Under the pieces are notes generated by a model. That model ran no database searches, was not told the DNA's origin, and saw nothing but the letters and a program-made list of their open reading frames with translations. A stretch of DNA of 63,806 nucleotides, the filler included, from Choristocarpus tenellus KU-1152 (Eukaryota > Protista > Phaeophyceae), in assembly GCA_964200185.2 (NCBI GenBank). It is 10 parts of 10 records of this genome, joined end to end, with 100 filler letters (N's around TTAATTAATTAA, not from the genome) between each part and the next. Parts side by side here need not be neighbours in the genome. Positions count along the whole stretch, not along the records: positions 1 to 14,763 come from CAXNAD020001118.1; 9 more parts are not named here. One strand, written 5' to 3'. Shown piece by piece: positions 1 to 13,904 of the stretch. Both the position numbers and the translations under genes were made by a program. The first letter of the stretch is position 1. Each line of letters opens with the position of its first letter.

Positions 1-526
1 GGGCCATCCCCAATTTTGAGGATCCCCTGTTAGAGGTAGATACATTTTGTCATTCTGCGTAACTAGTCCGTTTTTAACATTTTTTTTTAATACCACAGCA
101 ATTCTGCATGGGTAAAATATAGATTTATCTTGGTGGGAAATATCTTATGGCACTGTTTAAGGAACCGTTGATGACTGGGTAGCACCCCAGCCTCTGAATT
201 AGTCAAGAAATTGAGATATCGCTGTGTCACATCACTACTGCCCCAATAACTCTTCAGTTGTTTCTCAAAATGTCAGCATTGTGAGGAGGGTAAGGATTGC
301 TATGTCACAGAGAATGTTCAGTCTGTCCAATATTTGTTGTATGTGTCACCAATCTTGCCTCTGATCTGAGAAGAGAGTTTCAATGGAGGGAAAGGCAAGA
401 ATGTGAACCCAACATTTTCTTGCTTACTCCTATGAATCTCAACACACTGGTTGTTCAATTGCCACCTTATGCATACACCCAGTGAAGGAAATGCTAGTGA
501 TTGTAGGATGCCCCAAACAACACATA

Positions 527-1250
527 CTCCTCTATCCTATAAGTCTGTATCGGTATGGTTTTTTGTTGGTAACATTTTCAAATGTGAGATCCAGAAAATG
601 CAAACAATATCGTTCGAAAGCCAACAACTTCGGGTTGTGCACATAGATCTTCAAAATATTTTTTCATTTCGAAATGGTCGAGAAATCATCCCCCGAACAC
701 ATATGTTTCTTTTCGGAAATGGCAAATTGTGTAAAAACAGCAAAATCGACCAAAAGTGGCTGGAAATGTCGCTTAATCGTCCATAACGTCTCAACACCTG
801 CGATGAAGACCCAGTTAGTTGCGTTAGATTCCTCGGCGTTTTTTGCATCAAAAAATCACTCGTTACTCTCATTCGCTCCTGAGGGCGTTCCGGACCACTT
901 TGATTCCCATTGACAGAGACGCGTACCACCCAGCAACAACTTGGTGGATTTGAGGGAGAGAATGAGAGTGAGAGTAATTAATCTAATGCAAAAAACGCCA
1001 AGGAACCCAACACAACTTACCGCGTCTTCACCAGAGGTCTCGTTGAGACGTTACGGACGATTGAACGTAGTTTCCAGCCACGTTTAGACGGTTTCTCAAC
1101 CATTTCGAAATGAAAAAATATCTTGAAGATATCTATGTCCAAGTCGAAGTTGTTGACTTTCCAATGATATCATTTGCATTTCCTGAATCTTACATTTGAA
1201 AAGGTTATTAACAAAGAATAATAAAGATACAGACTTATGGGATAGAGGAG
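527..1250. mobile_element. Foldback MITE, Stowaway/Tc1-mariner-like
   Basis: TA|CTCCTCTATCC...GGATAGAGGAG|TA. The left arm (527 to ~880) is an imperfect reverse complement of the right arm (~950-1250) along almost its whole length. A TA target duplication and CTCC termini resemble Stowaway MITEs. Confidence 0.8.
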
Positions 1251-1695
1251 TATAAACTCAACACTTTGTGTAGCAGGGAAGACCATGATAGCAGAAGAGG
1301 ACAATGAGGAGGTAAGTATTCTGCACAATGATGCTCCAAAGCAACAGTTGTGCCCACTCAACATTGAAAATGTGTTGGGCGGGTCTTTGTTGTACACAAT
1401 GAATGCAGCACTGCTGTGCCCAAAAGGTCATATCCCCAACATCTGAAAGTGCTGCTGTGTGAGATGGGAAATTGAAACCAAACTTTTTTCTCTTTCCTAC
1501 ACAGTATATCAGTGTCTATTTCTCTTCTACCTCCTGGGACCCCTCACAGCTTCCTTGTTAGACTTAGTTCAGTTGAAGGGGTCAGGTCCACCCCTCTCTA
1601 CTCTCCCACTCCAGAACTTGAGCTGAGAATACAGGCAAAGTACTTTTCAGCTGGGTCCTTGCTTGCTCACCAAGCCATAACCAACTTGTACTTTG

Positions 1696-4600
1696 TCATC
1701 GGATAGTGTCAAACTGCTGGAATTCCAATGAAACAAATGATGGGAGGGAGGGGTCGTGCTGCACAGAGGGAAGTCTTGGCCCAAAGACCTTTACCTGGCC
1801 ATCACATGGAAGGGGTTGGGAGTGGGGATAGAGGTTGGTGGAGGTTTCAAATAGGGATGGAGGAGATGTGGGAGAGGATGAATGGAAAGTAAGGTACAAC
1901 CAGAAGGGGGGATTAAGGGGATAAGGCAGGGTTAGGGTTAGGGGTGGGAAGGTACAAAGAGAAATGCAGGTGCTGGTCCGGTTTGAAAGAAGCTAATATT
2001 CCCTTTGATTCTTCCTGTATATTCAAAAATGTGTTTCTGCATGTGTTGGACTGATGAGCTCACATTTAGTACATATCAATCCTTTTCCAAGAGGAAAATT
2101 AACTCATCTCACATCCAGAGTGAAAGGTATCTCTGACACGACTCTTCGTCGAGGGGAGTGCGCTTAAGAGGTGCACCTCAACAACAGATCATCACCAAAC
2201 ATTTACAAGTTAGAGCTTTTCTACTGCACATATCTGGAGTACGAAGTGGTAGGATGAGGTACCCCTACGGAATACATACATATATATATAGTACAAATAT
2301 GAAACATTAAAAGTACGAACAACTACCTGCTATATGCAAGAGAAAAAAGGGGGTATATACATATATATAGACAATTATCATTGTCCGGATTAGGTTGGTT
2401 CTTGCATCATTGTGAAATATCAACCGAAAAAATGTCAACGTAACTAAAAACGAGAATTTAAAGGTAAGAACACATTTTACGCAAACGCATACATTCACGT
2501 GGGTGATCCTTCTTCCTCTCCTCATATGTGACTATACCGAACAAACTCACGAGACTCAGTTACTCTCAAAATTGAACAAAAATAATGGCACAAAGGTTAC
2601 ACTTCATTTTTTTTACAAGAGGGGTTTCAAAAGTTGAAATATCTTGATTTGATGAGGTCCATTGACCACAGCAACACTCTCAATGAAATTCAAAAGGAAA
2701 TTCGTTTTGCCAAGAATATAGGGGCAATAATGTAGAGAAATCCTTGAGCGTCTTTGCTGTGAAATGAAATGTGGACTGTATATCCTTGAACCGATTTCAA
2801 GGATCAAAGCATCGAATCAATGGCTTCATTCTCACTCTGCATGCTGATAACCCGACCCTAAAGTGAAATCTGGTCATATGTGAGCTTTTCCATACTTGGA
2901 TCACATTGCTTGCCAGAAACGTCAGCCCAACTAAATATCAAAGGTAAGCAAAGGCGGCAACTCACCAGGTACAACACATCCAACAACTTACCTACCACCA
3001 AGCCCAAACCTGAAATACCTGACCAGGGGAATGATAATGAAAACAAAATATAACCTTTCAAAACAGAAGCAAATGGTTCCATGACATGATACAGTAATAT
3101 GCACGTTTCACAGCCCTAGGCAGGTTTTTACTGCACCAAGTGGAACAAAACAACAGCAGTACCTGTCGGATATGAGTATCCCTGCCATTCTGGTGCATTG
3201 TAGCAACACATATCTGGAGGAAGTGGGCACGTAATATTGATGACCCTGGACCGCTCTCTCCAGGATCAACACGGCCAAGTCCGGTTCTGCTTGAAGTGTG
3301 AGCTGACATAGGTATCAACACCCACCCCATAGGCTCATTCAATTCTTTCACCTAGGAGGGAGGGAGTCAGTTTGGAACCCATCTTGCTCTTGCAGTTCCC
3401 TGTAGATTCCACTTGAAATACAAATGTGGTGCTAATCTTGGTGAGCGATATTTTTCACTACACTTGTGCTTTAGGTCAAGTGTTTACTGCACACACATGA
3501 TTGACTGCATTGAGCACAATCGTAAAATAGCCCTCCCAGGACATACCCCGGCAGGTTGTTTCCAAGCCCCTATATAACAGAACAAGCAATTAATGCACCT
3601 GGACTCATGCCAACCACTTTGAACTCTTTGTGATGGGGACTCATGCAAAGTTGTTGGGGCAAGGGGATAAGAGCACTCTGTACAATCATGGATGTGACTC
3701 ATGCACATAAGCATGGACCCAAAGTAGCTGTGGGCGGGGGGGGGGGGGGGGGGGGGGGATACGCAGGGTGGCAGTTTTGGGCTGAAACCGGAGCGACCCA
3801 AGTAGCATAACAAGCAAANNNNNNNAGTGGGGGGGGGGGGGGGGGGGGGGGGGTGGGGGGGGGGGGGTCTACACCAGGGTGTCCATTTGGGCCATACCAG
3901 GACAAGTGCACTTGCATTACCCATCCGATGTATGCAACCAAATCACACAAAACTTGCGACATGAAAAAATTGGCCCCAAATGGACAGCCACCCCCCCCCA
4001 CACACACACATACTTTGAGCCATGCACACACTCACACTCACACTCACTCACACACACACATACGTGTATGAAGCAAGAATGCATGAAAATCGAGGCAGAT
4101 TGAAGGTGATTCAAGGGGGATGGAAAAATCGTGTGGAGATACATGAGAAAGTACGTGCATCGATGAAATGATTGCATCAACAGGTAGGAGAATATTTCAG
4201 TACCACTCTTGCTTCTGCCATCACAACAACAAAAAGCTGGTGAGAGTGTTTCTGTGAACCATGCTCGAGTCAAGGTCTTACCTCCTTTTAGCCCTAACCT
4301 CATGCATCAACCCTATACTCAAAGGGCAGTTAACCATGGTGCAAAGGGAGAGGTCAAAAGTAAGAGTATGTGTCTTGTTTGAGTACCTCTTCTTCTGCTT
4401 TGGCATGGTAAAGGTACCAGATACAAACTTTGCAAATGCGAAAAACCTTACCGTTATCTCCACTAGGTCATGATAGCTGCTCCCTGCCCTGACTGACACC
4501 TTTTTTGGTGTATAGCTCTAGCTTTTACAAGTATATATAACAAGACGGTCAGGTAGGGACATAATGCACGCGGAGGGGAGAGCAGTCAGATCAGAGGTGG

Positions 4601-5631
4601 ACTTGGCGGTTCTACAGGGAGCTAATGTAACCAATCAGCGCTGGGGTGGAAGGGAGAGGGGAAATGCCGTTGAAATAAGGAAAGGACACAAAAACATGCA
4701 TTCGTAAAACAATGCGAGTCCAAAGTACGTCATGATACTGTGCTGGGTCAGGAGGTAGATGGCTCCTCAGTCAAGGTCGCATACATAGAAACTCTGAGTC
4801 GCGACGAGTGTGGACGTGTTAAGACATGCGCCCCTCTATTGCACTTTCCTGCGACGCGCCGACTTCCACTAGGGATGGTCAAGCAACCGAGCCCTGTGTG
4901 GCAAAAATGCATAACATCAGTCACATCACAAAGCTATGGTCACATTAGAAAAGTCGAACTCACTTGAAGGGTCATACCTCATCCAGAGTGTTGTCCAGAT
5001 AGAGGGCTACTTCCAAGATGGACATCTTCTTATGAAACTGGATGTTGATGAGATGTGGCTGCGCACCGTCTGCAGCACATGAGGAGGGGTCGAGCATACG
5101 AAACATGGTTCAAATCAGCTCAAGCAATTGGTATCGTCGTTGCACCCCGTAGTAGCAGGGAGAGGTAGAGAGGAACCAACGTCAGTCGATGGTAGGTGAC
5201 TGGAACAGAAAACCGCTAGGTTAAATGTCGCCAAACAACGGGGGAGGAGTGCCTAATACCACGCTACCTCCCTAGCCTTGGAGTTGGTCTTCGAAGCAGC
5301 GTTATATTATGTAAGGTGTTAGTGTCAGGAATCTTCTTTTCAGCTCATCGAGCAAGAAGAACATCAAGCTAGGGTACAAGGGCGGACTAAGCAGTTGAGT
5401 TCTACAAATTACTCTACTAATAGCGACCCACAGTAAGCTGCTCTCTCGACCTGATTGCCAGTACGTTTCTTTGTTGTCATCTCGGAGCTGCTCTACACCG
5501 TTCCCTGGTTTGGCTGAGGACAGAGACCATACCCCCTCCCTGCCGATCTCCCGACGTGAGAGGTGGTCCAGTGCGGGGTCTGCGACTACAGCCTCCTCGT
5601 CTGTGGTTGTCTTGCTGTCCGACATGGACAT
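1696..5631 (-). CDS. APC10: Anaphase-promoting complex subunit 10 (DOC domain), complete, 5 exons: 5631-5451, 5069-4978, 4517-4452, 3351-3163, 1794-1696 (208 aa)
   Basis: All introns GT-AG with consistent phase. The product carries the APC10 motifs [46 protein letters not shown] and [18 protein letters not shown]. Confidence 0.95.
2043..2139 (+). ncRNA. Candidate minimal type I hammerhead ribozyme motif, in APC10 intron 4, antisense to the gene
   Basis: GTGTTGGA-CTGATGA-GCTC...GAGT-GAAA-GGTA-TC-TCTGACAC: intact core, 8-bp stem I and 4-bp stem II. Confidence 0.4.
3718..4021. mobile_element. MITE family B copy (composite, contains a 7-N gap) in APC10 intron 3
   Basis: Poly-G tracts, GTCCATTTGGG...CCCCAAATGGAC boxes and an ATACTTTGAGCC end, shared with the 34655 and 45952 copies. 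A CA-rich microsatellite follows. Confidence 0.75.
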
Positions 5632-5987
5632 CTAGGCAGATCTTCACGTCAGATACAGGTTTTTGAAAAGAAGGTACTATATATGGAGACACAGGTTATG
5701 TAGTTTGCCTAAAACAATCGAGATTATGTATGTCCAGACTATACAGTAATAGGACGGTGTCGGCAATCTGTATTGATTTCCGACGTTCGAATCCCTTCGG
5801 CGTCCGTATCCTTTCCACGCAAATATGGTTTCGATATTCCGCTAACACCTAACCTAGCACAATGGATTGTACGCCTTGTATTAGGGCTCGTAGAAGAGCG
5901 ATGGAGGAGATAGATGGAGCCCATCTTATCTTTACTCTTACCTTTACACCTTTACCATGTTGTGGTTTACACCTTCACCATGCTGTG

Positions 5988-6046
5988 AAACTAACTGTAA
6001 CCTAACTGCAACCTAACTGCAACCTAACTGCAACCTAACTGCAACC
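5988..6046. repeat. 11-bp tandem repeat (AACCTAACTGC, about 5 copies) upstream of APC10
   Basis: Directly visible tandem units. Confidence 0.85.
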
Positions 6047-7559
6047 AAGATGCGGCAATAGAGTCGCTTAAGAACAATGTTGGATTCACTCACAATTACA
6101 AGGACGGCAGGTAAGCTCCTCCTCCGGATTGCCAGGTATATCGAGTCCTGTATATTGTGCTCTATCTGTCACACCGTTAAAGGATATCTAAGGCAATCAT
6201 CAACACTCATTTATTGTCATAGAACTTCAACCATTTGATGGTGACCTCAAAAGTTTTACAACTTTGGATTCCCTAACCTATCAAAACCAGTACCTTTTCC
6301 TCCACTCTATAGCTCTTGAAAGATAAAAGGATGCGATAGTTTGAGAGAATATATAAGGATGAATTGTTAGCTGAGGGCAGAACACTCTTTTGGTTGATAT
6401 AAACCTCAAATACATGATTGGAAGGATATCGTGGAGATCGCACGTCACATGTTCTCTGAATATGCTCTTGAAAGGCTTCTGGCAGATACACTATCGCTCT
6501 TGTACGTCTGGGGAGATGAGAGTTACCATTACCTTGAATAGGTAAGACCAGTCGTTTGTATCTTTTCTTCCATGCTCTTATGTTCGTGTTTCAGTCTGTA
6601 TCACACTATGTCATACATGTCAAAGTCAACGTACGACTTAATTGCTTTTCGCAACATATAGAGCTGACCCTTCTAATGCACCCCTATGCACTCCTCTCAT
6701 GCAGTTCTCCGAGACCCTTCGAGGTGTGAGGAACCAGAGAAAAAGATCGACACCGATACTCTTAAGCACAAGAAAGTTCATGGCGAGGAAAAGAAGAATT
6801 AGGAACAAGTGTGACGAGCCTGGTGCCCAAAGCATCGACAGCAAGGAAGAGGACCTACACTTGACATGAATAAACCTGAAGATTGAATGTAAGAAGAAGA
6901 TGCATTTGAAAGGCGTCATTATCAAGCAAGAGGTGCTCGAAGCTGCAGATCAGTTCATATAGGAGCTAGAGGAGGAGGATAAACTTGGAAAAGATCATGG
7001 AAGCAGAACGGTCAACAGGGGAACGCCGAAGAGGAGAAGAAGTCACCCCATGCATCCTATCGCATCAGGTACAGCTCGGAGTAACTGAATTTGTTGCTAA
7101 CCCCTGCAAACTACTCTTTCATCTGTGATTCGTTTTGCAACATTCAATACTAATATGCGAAACATATTATGCCAACTCTTGAAAATGGAAAGGCCAAGAA
7201 GAAATCCTCCTCAACGTGTGGGAAAAGGTGATGTCTTCCTGAAGACCGTAAGGTACCCCGAGAGTTTTACCCTAGGCGATCATACCGATGACCAAGGCAA
7301 GCAAGTCTCTCCTTTAGGGTTGAATTTTTAAAGTATTGTTTTAGGGTGCTCTCAATTGGCTTCCAATTTTGTGTTTGGTAGCAATCTATCGTTCAGCGTG
7401 TTATGACAAAAATGCTTGCTGGGGCTGTGAATTTTGATTTGAATGCGATGGTAGGAAATATGCTCTTGTCACGTACAAAAGTATTTCCTGAAAGTCTTCC
7501 AATGCTCCAAGGACGTCACACTTCATGATAGTATGCCACTCACTGAGTGTGACACCTGT

Positions 7560-8150
7560 ACATAACACCCTTAGACCCTTCGGCAATTAGGAAGCGATAC
7601 ATAGATGTGTTACAACTTTCAAAGGAAGTGCGACAATCCTTATAAGTTAAGGTTTCGACTCACTACTTCAGCATATTCTGTTTTCAACTACATTCGATTC
7701 CCTCTATTTCGTGACCATCCATTGATTGACGGGTTTGGACCAAATATCACATACAAGCTCTTAATTTTGATCTGTGCACAATGGTAGTAAAGATAAATAT
7801 TGTCACGAACATTGAAGATGTTTCCTCAAATTCGTCAAGTACTCAAAATGGTCCACGCGGTGTTGTAACATTATTTGTCGCTGAGTCGTAGTGTTACTCG
7901 TTGGCTAACGTACTATTGCTGAGAGTAACACCCTTGGAGTAGTGAATTATCTTGAGTGCAATACACACATGTGTTACAACATTCAAGGTAAGCAAAACAG
8001 TCCATTTGAGTTTAGGTTTCTACTTACTGCTTTGCATATATATGCTGCGCTCCATTACGTTTGATTACTGCTATTTTTTCACAGTTTGTCGTCCAACAGG
8101 GTTTGACCAAATTTCTCACGCAAAGTCTTCGATTTGACATATGCGCCATT
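7560..8150. repeat. Diverged direct duplication (~7560-7790 vs ~7925-8150)
   Basis: Shared colinear blocks ATGTGTTACAAC, TTA(A)GGTTTC.ACT.ACT and GGGTTTG(G)ACCAAAT about 360 bp apart. Confidence 0.6.
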
Positions 8151-9291
8151 TCTATCAACTGTTTTCTTCTAACGAACGTAATTCTTGTTTCAGATTTTTT
8201 CATATTCTAGCAATCTTATTTTCCATCCTTGTCCGCACTTTTACGTATATTCTTTCTCAGATACTAGGAACAGAACATGCATTATTGTCGCACTCGATGG
8301 AAATACCACTGCAGTACATCATGAGGCAAAGTACATACCAAAATCCGCAGTGTCCACCAAAACGCACCAAGTTGCATACCCAAAATAGGAGGGGTGGTTG
8401 TGACCTGTACTATTCTAGGTAAGGACCATGATCATGACAATATGAAACGCTATCTTCAGATTTGTTAAAGATCAAAATGGTTAGACCCTTGACAACTTAC
8501 ATCAAAGATGGCGGAATGGGTTCAGGTCCTGAAGGTCAAGATGCAGAGAGTGAGTATGAGCAAGAAGAGGTCCTATCCGATCAAGGAGGGAAAGGATGGA
8601 ATGGAGAATGAGGAAAGTGGTTAGGAGAATGAGGAGATCAATGACAAGGAAGTGGAGGTCAGTCAAGCCGGTGAGGATGGTTTGATGAGCAGTGAGGAGA
8701 GTGGCGACTCATTGGGGGACATTGATGGCAGTGAGGAGATCGAGAAAAATGAAGATGAAGCTGTGAAAGGAGGAGAATGAGACGGGCGAGAAGAGTGGGG
8801 ACAATGTTGTGGACAACTCCGAAAGTTCATAATCCGAAACTCTTCCGATAAAGATATTTCCTCAAGGAAAAGTAGCAATGACTCTTCCAGCAAAAGTGCC
8901 AAGTACTCTGTAAATGAAAAATCGAAATCACCCCAAAGCACCTTGAACGCAGGATCTTTCGAGTTTAGAGTTGTTCATTGAGACCCAGAGTGAAATTTCC
9001 TAGAAATATATATTTACTCTTTCATTGAGTTAGTTCTGTGAGATGGAACTGAAATGAAATTTCTCTTGCATACTGTAGTTTATTATTGGTGGGGAGCTTG
9101 TTGGAATGAGCGCTAATCTCGTGCCTGTCGTGCGCGCGCGCGATCTGTTGGCATTTTATGGTCAATAAAGAGGGTTATTTTATTGGTCTACTGTACCTAC
9201 CTCACCCTGTTCTTGCAGTAGTTGATTCTTCAAATGCATCTGGTGAAAACTGTTCAAACCTGATTTCGTATGAGTTGTGCATTTTTGTGGT

Positions 9292-9494
9292 GTGTCTAGT
9301 TCGTAACAAAGGGTATCATAGTGCAACAAGACACCTGCGGGTTCAGTCTGGTGTGTCTGAAGGAATGTTTTACTCAATCAGACAATGATTGAGGTGAAAG
9401 TGTGTTTGGTTGTGCTGTGATTAACACGTTTGGAGACAGGTGTGTGTCATAGTGCTACAAGACACCTGCGGGTTCAGTCCGATGTGTCTGAAGG
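9292..9494. repeat. Short direct repeat pair (~50 bp)
   Basis: CATAGTGCWACAAGACACCTGCGGGTTCAGTC..TGTGTCTGAAGG near 9316 and 9448. Confidence 0.8.
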
Positions 9495-10029
9495 CTTGTG
9501 TGAAGAAGAGAGGGAAAAACAAAGAAGAAACAAGGACACAAAACTTGAATCAATGTGTGAGGGACCTGATGTGACACATGGTATGCCTGTATAAGTGATA
9601 GGAAGGGACTGTTCTTATGCTTCCAATGCACTCTGGTGTTCTGAAGGTGATTGATGGTGTTGTGATGAGGAGCTTAATGAGGTAAGTGAGAATAGCAACC
9701 ATTACAATGGACAAATCAGCATTCAGTATGGACTGACGATACTGTGTCGTCTTACAACAAATCAAACGAGTAGCCTATGTTTTTTTTTTTATCTACATGC
9801 CAAACGGTGAACAAAACGTAGAGTACTTGTTCTGAAAAAAAAACACAATTATCATCTTTCCAAAAGATGATGTTCAGGGACGAAAAGACCTGTGCCAGCT
9901 TTTCAAAAATTCTTCGTCCACAAAATTTATTCTCTATTTGACATATCATAATATGTCAAATAGTTTAGGAATAGTTCCAATAATGTTTGGTCACTGTTCT
10001 TATACAGTGTTTTTTTCACCCTCATTAGG

Positions 10030-10470
10030 AAAGCAAGTTTGTCTGTTGTTATACCGTTATTGCCGTATGATATATACCATTATACCGTTATGCCCCTGTA
10101 ACGATTGAGGTTCCTTGTTAAGCATCCATGATTCCACTGGCAAACCTTCCGACAGAATGAAACCATGGAATCTCTTCACGAGACCAATCCCATAGACTTG
10201 GGACTGCTCGTCATTTAGAGTTGTCACACATGAAAGATTCACTTTGTTCTCACGTCTTGACTTGTGGTGATGAAGCCCCCTCTCTGAAGATGCTCATCAC
10301 TCCTCAATTTTCTCTGCAAGTCCTTGCAGTCTTGCATTTGTCCAACCTTAACCTCATCCTCTCGGTTAAGGTTCGTCTTGGTCCGTCTGGTCCATCTTAC
10401 CCGGTGATTCTCTTCGCCACCCTTACTTGAGGGAAACACGCCGCCATAGAATCACAGGATTCATACTCAT
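10030..10470. repeat. Dispersed repeat, probable transposon remnant; other copies ~19230-19640 and inverted ~14864-14945
   Basis: Shared blocks such as CTGCAAGTCCTTGCAGTCTTGCA.TTGTCCAAC and GATTGAGGTTCCTTGT. Confidence 0.75.
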
Positions 10471-10690
10471 AATCGACTAATACACCACCAGAATGCCTTA
10501 TTGGGCGTAACATAGACACGTTTGGGAAGGCTTGGTCAACTACATCCCACACCTTCATATGCAGTGTGTCCTCACCGTGGTTGTGGTGACTGGTAGCTCA
10601 CAAGAGATTTGATGCTGGAAGAGGAAAGTGAGTTGGGCTAGAAGTGGACGGACATACATGATTCGTGATTCAAGTTCCGCCAGAAAATCA

Positions 10691-10944
10691 GAGTAAATGT
10701 ATCTTAGAGGGTACAAGTTTTGCCCTGTTTGTCTATTTGGGACTTGTCTTCCCATGGGTTCTTTTATGACATCTTCCTACTCCAAAATGTTCGGAGTGGG
10801 GAAAGTGTATACGTTATGAAAAGGTGTGCCCAGAACATGGATTGACACTTCCTAAGAAACACGATAGCGAAAATTACTTCAAAATCGCAACATTGGATTT
10901 TGGTTCCCAAATAGACGCGCTCTATCCTCTAAGATACTTTGTCT
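10691..10944 (+). mobile_element. MITE family A, full copy
   Basis: TIRs GTATCTTAGAGGG.../...CCTCTAAGATACTTT, central CCTACTCC..GGAGTGGG hairpin and internal sequence shared with the other family A copies. Confidence 0.85.
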
Positions 10945-13904
10945 AGCTTGACAGACAGCTGATCGTGGGTCAGGGTACAATTCGCGGCGTCGACCTTTCA
11001 AATCTTTGCATGCTTTGCGGTGTGAAGTCTGATGGCAGTTCAAGCTGATTTCAGTCAAAGGGTGTTGCCATTGTCCAATTGTTGTCATACACGTGCCCAC
11101 AGTTGTCTCCGATATTGTTTGCCAAGTTCAAATTGCTCTGACAACTCTGATCCAATGCCTTTTTGGAAGCCATTTCTTACCACGAGGTAGTGCTAAGGTG
11201 TAACATACAGCCAGCGCGTTTCAACCTTCCTTACTCAGCTTGGAATTATAAGCCCTAGCCAATGGGTTCCCATCGAAAGACAGTGGTCTTGCTGGAGTGG
11301 CAATATTGACTATGGGACTCAGGTCGCAGATGGTTTGGAGGCTAAGCGACACCAACAACAGAGTGAAGCATGTACAGTAGGACAATAATATAGTCCTCTC
11401 TTATCAGCTGTAAAATGCCAACAGATTGCACACATACCCATTACATGACATGAGATTAGGCCTTACGACAACAAGCTTCCCCACCAGTGCATCAGAAAAT
11501 TCCATGTCAGTTCCATTTCGCAGTACTACTCAAACGTACTAAAAAGTCTATTTTTAGAAAATGTCGCTCTGGGTTTCAATGAGCGACTCTCTGGACTCAA
11601 AAGATAGTGTGTTCTTGGTCGGTTGAAAACAAATGGCCAAGTTCGTGTCCAGAAGTTCCACAATAAAGTCTCCTCTGATTGTTGTCATAAGCGACAAGGA
11701 GGAGAAGGAGTGTGAGGTTATGCTGGGTATGGCGAGGGAGGATGAGGGGTTAGAGGAGCGGAGGGTGGACCACCAAGGAGCAGTTTGACCTGTACTGTCT
11801 ATCTCCACAAAAAGGTGGCGATGAGGGAGACTCTGTGGTAGATGGGGAGATAGAAGGGGTTGAGGTTCGTGGAAAGAGGGGAGGTGACAATGACTGAGAG
11901 ACATTGGTTTCACCAGTTATTCAGGAATCCTCAAATTCTTCAATAAGAAGAGGACAAAGGTTGACGACAGGTAGGCCAATACCCTACCATATATAATCAA
12001 GGGCAGAACACCTCAAAAGGGCAGTCTTCGGCAAAGAGAGGGAAGCATTCTCTCCAGCCGCAGAGAAGGAGCAACGGGTTGGGAACCCTTCTTCGAAGAA
12101 GGCAAAGTTTCTCCTATAGCTCTTTCGTTTTTATATATTTCAACACAATCCACAAACCCACTCATTCCATCCACACTCCATTCAACATTTACCTTGCTTC
12201 CCATCTATCATTGGTTTTTCTTTTTCGCCTTTCCACTTCGACAACACGTAATTCCAAGCAATTTACCAATCACTACTTGTGAATTTCTTCTCCCCCCACA
12301 AAACTTAAATTACTTCACAATTCCTACACTTTTGGTGAACCCTTTATGCAATGAACATAACATATCTTGAGAGGAGAGGTTGAAACAAGACCCAAGAATT
12401 GTGGAGATGACAAGACCATCATAAACGTCCATAGTAATATACATGCATATAAAACTAACCCTAACTTCCAAAAAACGCCCAAAAAATAGTACAAGAAGAC
12501 CATGCACATTACTGTGGGGGTCTGGATATTTCCGCATCGCTTGGGTCCTGTTTGGCCTTTCCGATCTTCTTAGCAATGTTACTCATAATATGCACTACAC
12601 TATTTTATGATATGCAAAATAATATCAATATACTACATATTCTGCATGCATCTTAATCTTGGTGAGTGTCATCCTGTCTTGAATTCCAAGCGCTAAGGAA
12701 AACTACGAAAGCTGATAAATGCCATGCTAAAAGGCAGCAAAGGTAGTGTTACAACCTGGAAGTCTCGGTAGGACCTCCATGTTACAACATGCTCCAGAAC
12801 CTTACCTCCACAGGATAATATATATATATAGTTCCAATCAGAAGGTCTATAGATGACGCTGATGGTCATACAAGCCTCCCAGGATATTCCAACAGTCAAT
12901 AGGTCCAACGCACAGGTTAATGAATGTCAGCTCAGTAGAACAGGGTTACTTTCCTCAATCAATATCAGTATATGAATTTGGTATTGGAATTAAGAAAAAT
13001 GATCAGAGGGCATTGATTATGCAAGGGTCTTTTCCTATTATTTCTTTAATCGTTTACTGTTTATTTGTTTTGACTAACAGAAGTTGGAATAAATGCGAAA
13101 ACCGTTGCAACATTCTCAAGTTACAGATCTTACTCTGTAACCTCTAGCAAATCGGAGGTCCTTTTGATAAGGTTCCCCACATAAGTATAATGCTCACACT
13201 TGTTAGAACGTGAGAAGAAATAATCGCGCTATTCGCCTGTAACATGCCCCCCAGTGTGAACTAGGAATACATGTTTCACGCTTACCACAGGCGATAATCA
13301 TGGATCGGCATAATATATATCATCCATCACCTTAGATCCCGCTGCGGCGGCATGCATAATTGCCATTTGGTAACATAGGGGCTCCAGCTCCGACTTTGCC
13401 AGTTGTTTCAAACATATGGACTCCAGTTTCCAAATTAACCTGTGGATTCCAACAATGATCAACAAATCTCCTCATTTCTTTTGAGAACGGTTCCCCAAAC
13501 GTCGTAAGACACAGTCAAAATCAATATATGTCTGACCCAATCAGAGTGCATTCTTTCATAAAAAATATGCAACTCCAACTAGGCCCAAAATAGGTCAACG
13601 AATATCCTTGTTTTCCATGGGAAAATCTGTCCCAAGGGTCACAAAATACCATCAGATTCAGTTTGCATCTGGCCTAATCTGAGTATAAACTTGTTGTTCC
13701 TTCTGAAACACATCTTCAAAATTTACAGAGTATATATCTCTAACATGGGCTAAAATGAGTGGGTCCCCAGTCCCGATCTTCCCGGTTACAAATGTACGTA
13801 CTATCAAGGAATAGGTTATACTGTTAATGACCTTGACATCTGATGAATGGCTTGTCCTATGCCCCTCAAGCACAAAGTATACCCAAGGCTCAGGTGCGCA
13901 AAAC

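Noticed and set aside
3484-4303. Poly-Pro, poly-Gly and His-Thr ORFs
   Set aside because: Translations of MITE B homopolymers and a CA microsatellite inside an APC10 intron.
5045-5105. TGATGAG + hairpin + CGAAAC resembling a ribozyme
   Set aside because: It overlaps APC10 exon 2 and its acceptor on the opposite strand, lacks the core C and has no stem I.
6270-8950. Coding-like acidic and basic stretches upstream of APC10
   Set aside because: Multiple stops and frameshifts and no recognisable domain; probably decayed mobile DNA, but not supportable.
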